64,000 bases of DNA from Eledone cirrhosa (Eukaryota). Below, piece after piece: positions 61,458-64,000 of this stretch (within the stretch, counting starts at the first letter, position 1; every line of letters begins with the position of its first letter). The position numbers and the translations under genes are program-made. The notes under the pieces were generated by a model. It did no database searches, was not told the DNA's origin, and saw nothing but the letters and a program-made list of their open reading frames with translations. Location of the stretch: NCBI GenBank assembly GCA_964016885.1, contig OZ024760.1, positions 24,862,001 through 24,926,000 of the forward strand, written 5' to 3'.

Positions 61458-61671
61458 AATAAATTCTGTTTACCCGCATTTCCATTTCATAAACTTCTTC
61501 TCCATATATATATATATATATATATAACGAAGGAAAAGTGGTAAGGAACCAGGTGGACCATAACGCACCAAAGTACTCAATAGTTGAGGTAGTAGAGTGG
61601 GTAATAGAAACCAGTAAGACCCCAACAGCTGAGCTCAAGCCGTTTCGACGGCTAATTCTGGATATAAATTC

Positions 61672-61705
<34 letters not shown>

Positions 61706-62001
61706 GAGATTATATTTAATTTGTATATATATATATATGTGGATGTGTGTGTATCACGGGTTCAATCGGCGGTACACACTGTAAGTATGTCTTTGAATAC
61801 ATAATATTTCTGATGATGTCGTTTGAATGAAACAGTTCTTGTCCTGTAAAAGCCAATTCTATATTAAATATTATATATATATATATATATATAAAATTAT
61901 ATATATATATATATAATTATAAATATATATATATATATATATATAATTATAAATATATATATATATAATTATATATATATACATATATATATATATACAT
62001 A

Positions 62002-62033
<32 letters not shown>

Positions 62034-62044
62034 ATTATACATAC

Positions 62045-62079
<35 letters not shown>

Positions 62080-62086
62080 ATTATAC

Positions 62087-62119
<33 letters not shown>

Positions 62120-62122
62120 ATT

Positions 62123-62160
<38 letters not shown>

Positions 62161-62777
62161 GCTATAAAAATGAGAAAACTCATCGCTAGAACAGTAATAG
62201 GCAAAAATGCATCAGAGGGTGATAGAGAGAGAGAGAGAGATAGCCTTTACAACTGAGAAAAAAGTATATTGTCTCACAGAGAGAAATTAAAAAGCCGTTG
62301 GAAGCTAATAGATAATTTAAAAGATTTTGAAATTTAAAGTTAATGAGGTTTATGCATGAAGAAAAAGGAATTAAGAATAGTATTAAATTAAGGTTTGTAT
62401 ATTGAAGGGTTTAATAATATGTGCAAAGAAAATAATTTATTAATATGTATTATTAAAATAAAACATATTAATGTTATTAAGGATATAATGTGAAAAGAAG
62501 GAGAAGAATGAATGAGTTATGAATTTAGAGGAATTACTTAGGGTTTAAGTTTGTTTTTATGTAATGTAATATGTGTACGTAAATAGTTTGTTTAAATTGA
62601 GCGCGGAAGGAAAGAAGAAAATAATGTTTAAGGAAGAAAATATCTAACATCAAAAAGTATATATGTTTACGAAATATTTTCTAATGGTAATATTATAATA
62701 TATTAAAAGAAATTAGTTAGGCTTTAAATTTGTTTTTATGTATTGTAATATGTAAAAGTAAAATTAACTAGTATTTA

Positions 62778-62812
<35 letters not shown>

Positions 62813-62940
62813 ATACGTTGGGAGGGTCATGTTGCCAATAAGAAACACACGCACCTTATCCTTCACTTCAATTTATTATAATAAATTTATGAATTTCCGG
62901 TTGGTTGGTTGGTCCCACAACCAGATGGTTGTTTATATAT

Positions 62941-62986
62941 TGTCAAAAGATCTTTCGTCACACATTCTGTGACCTCTTCAGTCACA
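62941..62986 (-). ncRNA. Minimal hammerhead in a PLE 3' end (62808-62986; same family as 59826)
   Basis: CUGAAGA-g-GUCACA(GAAUG)UGUGAC-GAAA-GAU-CUU; stem I is imperfect. Confidence 0.6.
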
Positions 62987-63171
62987 TCTATACACAGACA
63001 CATATATATATATGTCTGTGTAAATATGTGACTGTGTATGTATATATATATTTCTCTATATGTGTGTCTGGGTTGTCCGTCTCTATATGTATGACTCTAT
63101 TTATGTCTATATATGTGTGACCCTGTGTATGTATATATGTACGTCTCTACACGTGTCTGTATATATGTGAC

Positions 63172-63209
<38 letters not shown>

Positions 63210-63268
63210 TCTAGATGTGTGACACATTTGTACGTCTCTACACGTGTCTGTATATATATGACTGTGTG

Positions 63269-63345
<77 letters not shown>

Positions 63346-63460
63346 CTCTGTATATATGTGATTGTTTATGTATGTATATATATATATGTCTCTATGTGTG
63401 TCTGGGTTTCCGTCTCTATATGTATGAGTGTGTGTGGGAGTGTATGTGTGAATGTGTATG

Positions 63461-63512
<52 letters not shown>

Positions 63513-63601
63513 TCTAGACGCGCGTCTCTATATCTGTCTCTGTATATATGTGACTATTTATGTATGTATGTCTCTATGTCTCTCTGTGTATATATGAGAA
63601 C

Positions 63602-63662
<61 letters not shown>

Positions 63663-63922
63663 GTCACATACATACACAGAGAGACTTTTGACAACAGCTG
63701 GTGTTATACATGTAAGTAAATATTTACCTTATCTGATATCTTGTAACTAACATTACATAGATCAATAACGAAGTATGGTTACAATGTATTACCATCACCT
63801 AGAAACGATCGTAAAGAAGTGAAGTATATTTCTATTGACTTGAATTTTTATTTCATTGTTATAACTTATATAAATATATGTCTCTACATGTATGTCTCTA
63901 TATTGTCTGTGTACATGTGTGA

Positions 63923-63971
<49 letters not shown>

Positions 63972-64000
63972 AATATAAATTAGCGAGAATCGTATTTCGG

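Noticed and set aside
61800-61850. CTGATGA...GAAAC...GTC motif
   Set aside because: Stems I and II do not pair, so it is not counted as a hammerhead.

Overview
Very AT-rich, microsatellite-saturated animal DNA. The tRNA/CORE-type and Nin/Deu-type SINEs point to an octopus or other cephalopod (inference). No host gene is recognisable, and almost all ORFs in the track are (TA)n, (CA)n or (ATG)n artefacts. Two intact retroelements are present. (1) A Penelope-like element (PLE; RT + C-terminal GIY-YIG, ORF 17879-20122) has one inverted and two direct pseudo-LTR copies, each carrying a minimal hammerhead ribozyme (HHR). (2) A two-ORF L1/Tx1-type LINE (~33096-38814) is inserted in (TATC)n, with a truncated sister copy also in (TATC)n. 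The main hidden signal is in the short unique islands between (TA)n tracts: many are HHR-bearing PLE termini or ORF-less units. I read 22 type I HHRs with intact CUGANGA / GAAA / NUH cores and about 15 degenerate or half copies, from many distinct families. Many are arranged as fold-back inverted repeats or as ~1.3-unit tandems, including a 473-bp retrozyme-like unit. In four families the cDNA end points lie just upstream of a shared RCTC...GAGY(N0-2)TT hairpin. All structures were read by eye and have not been folded or searched computationally.
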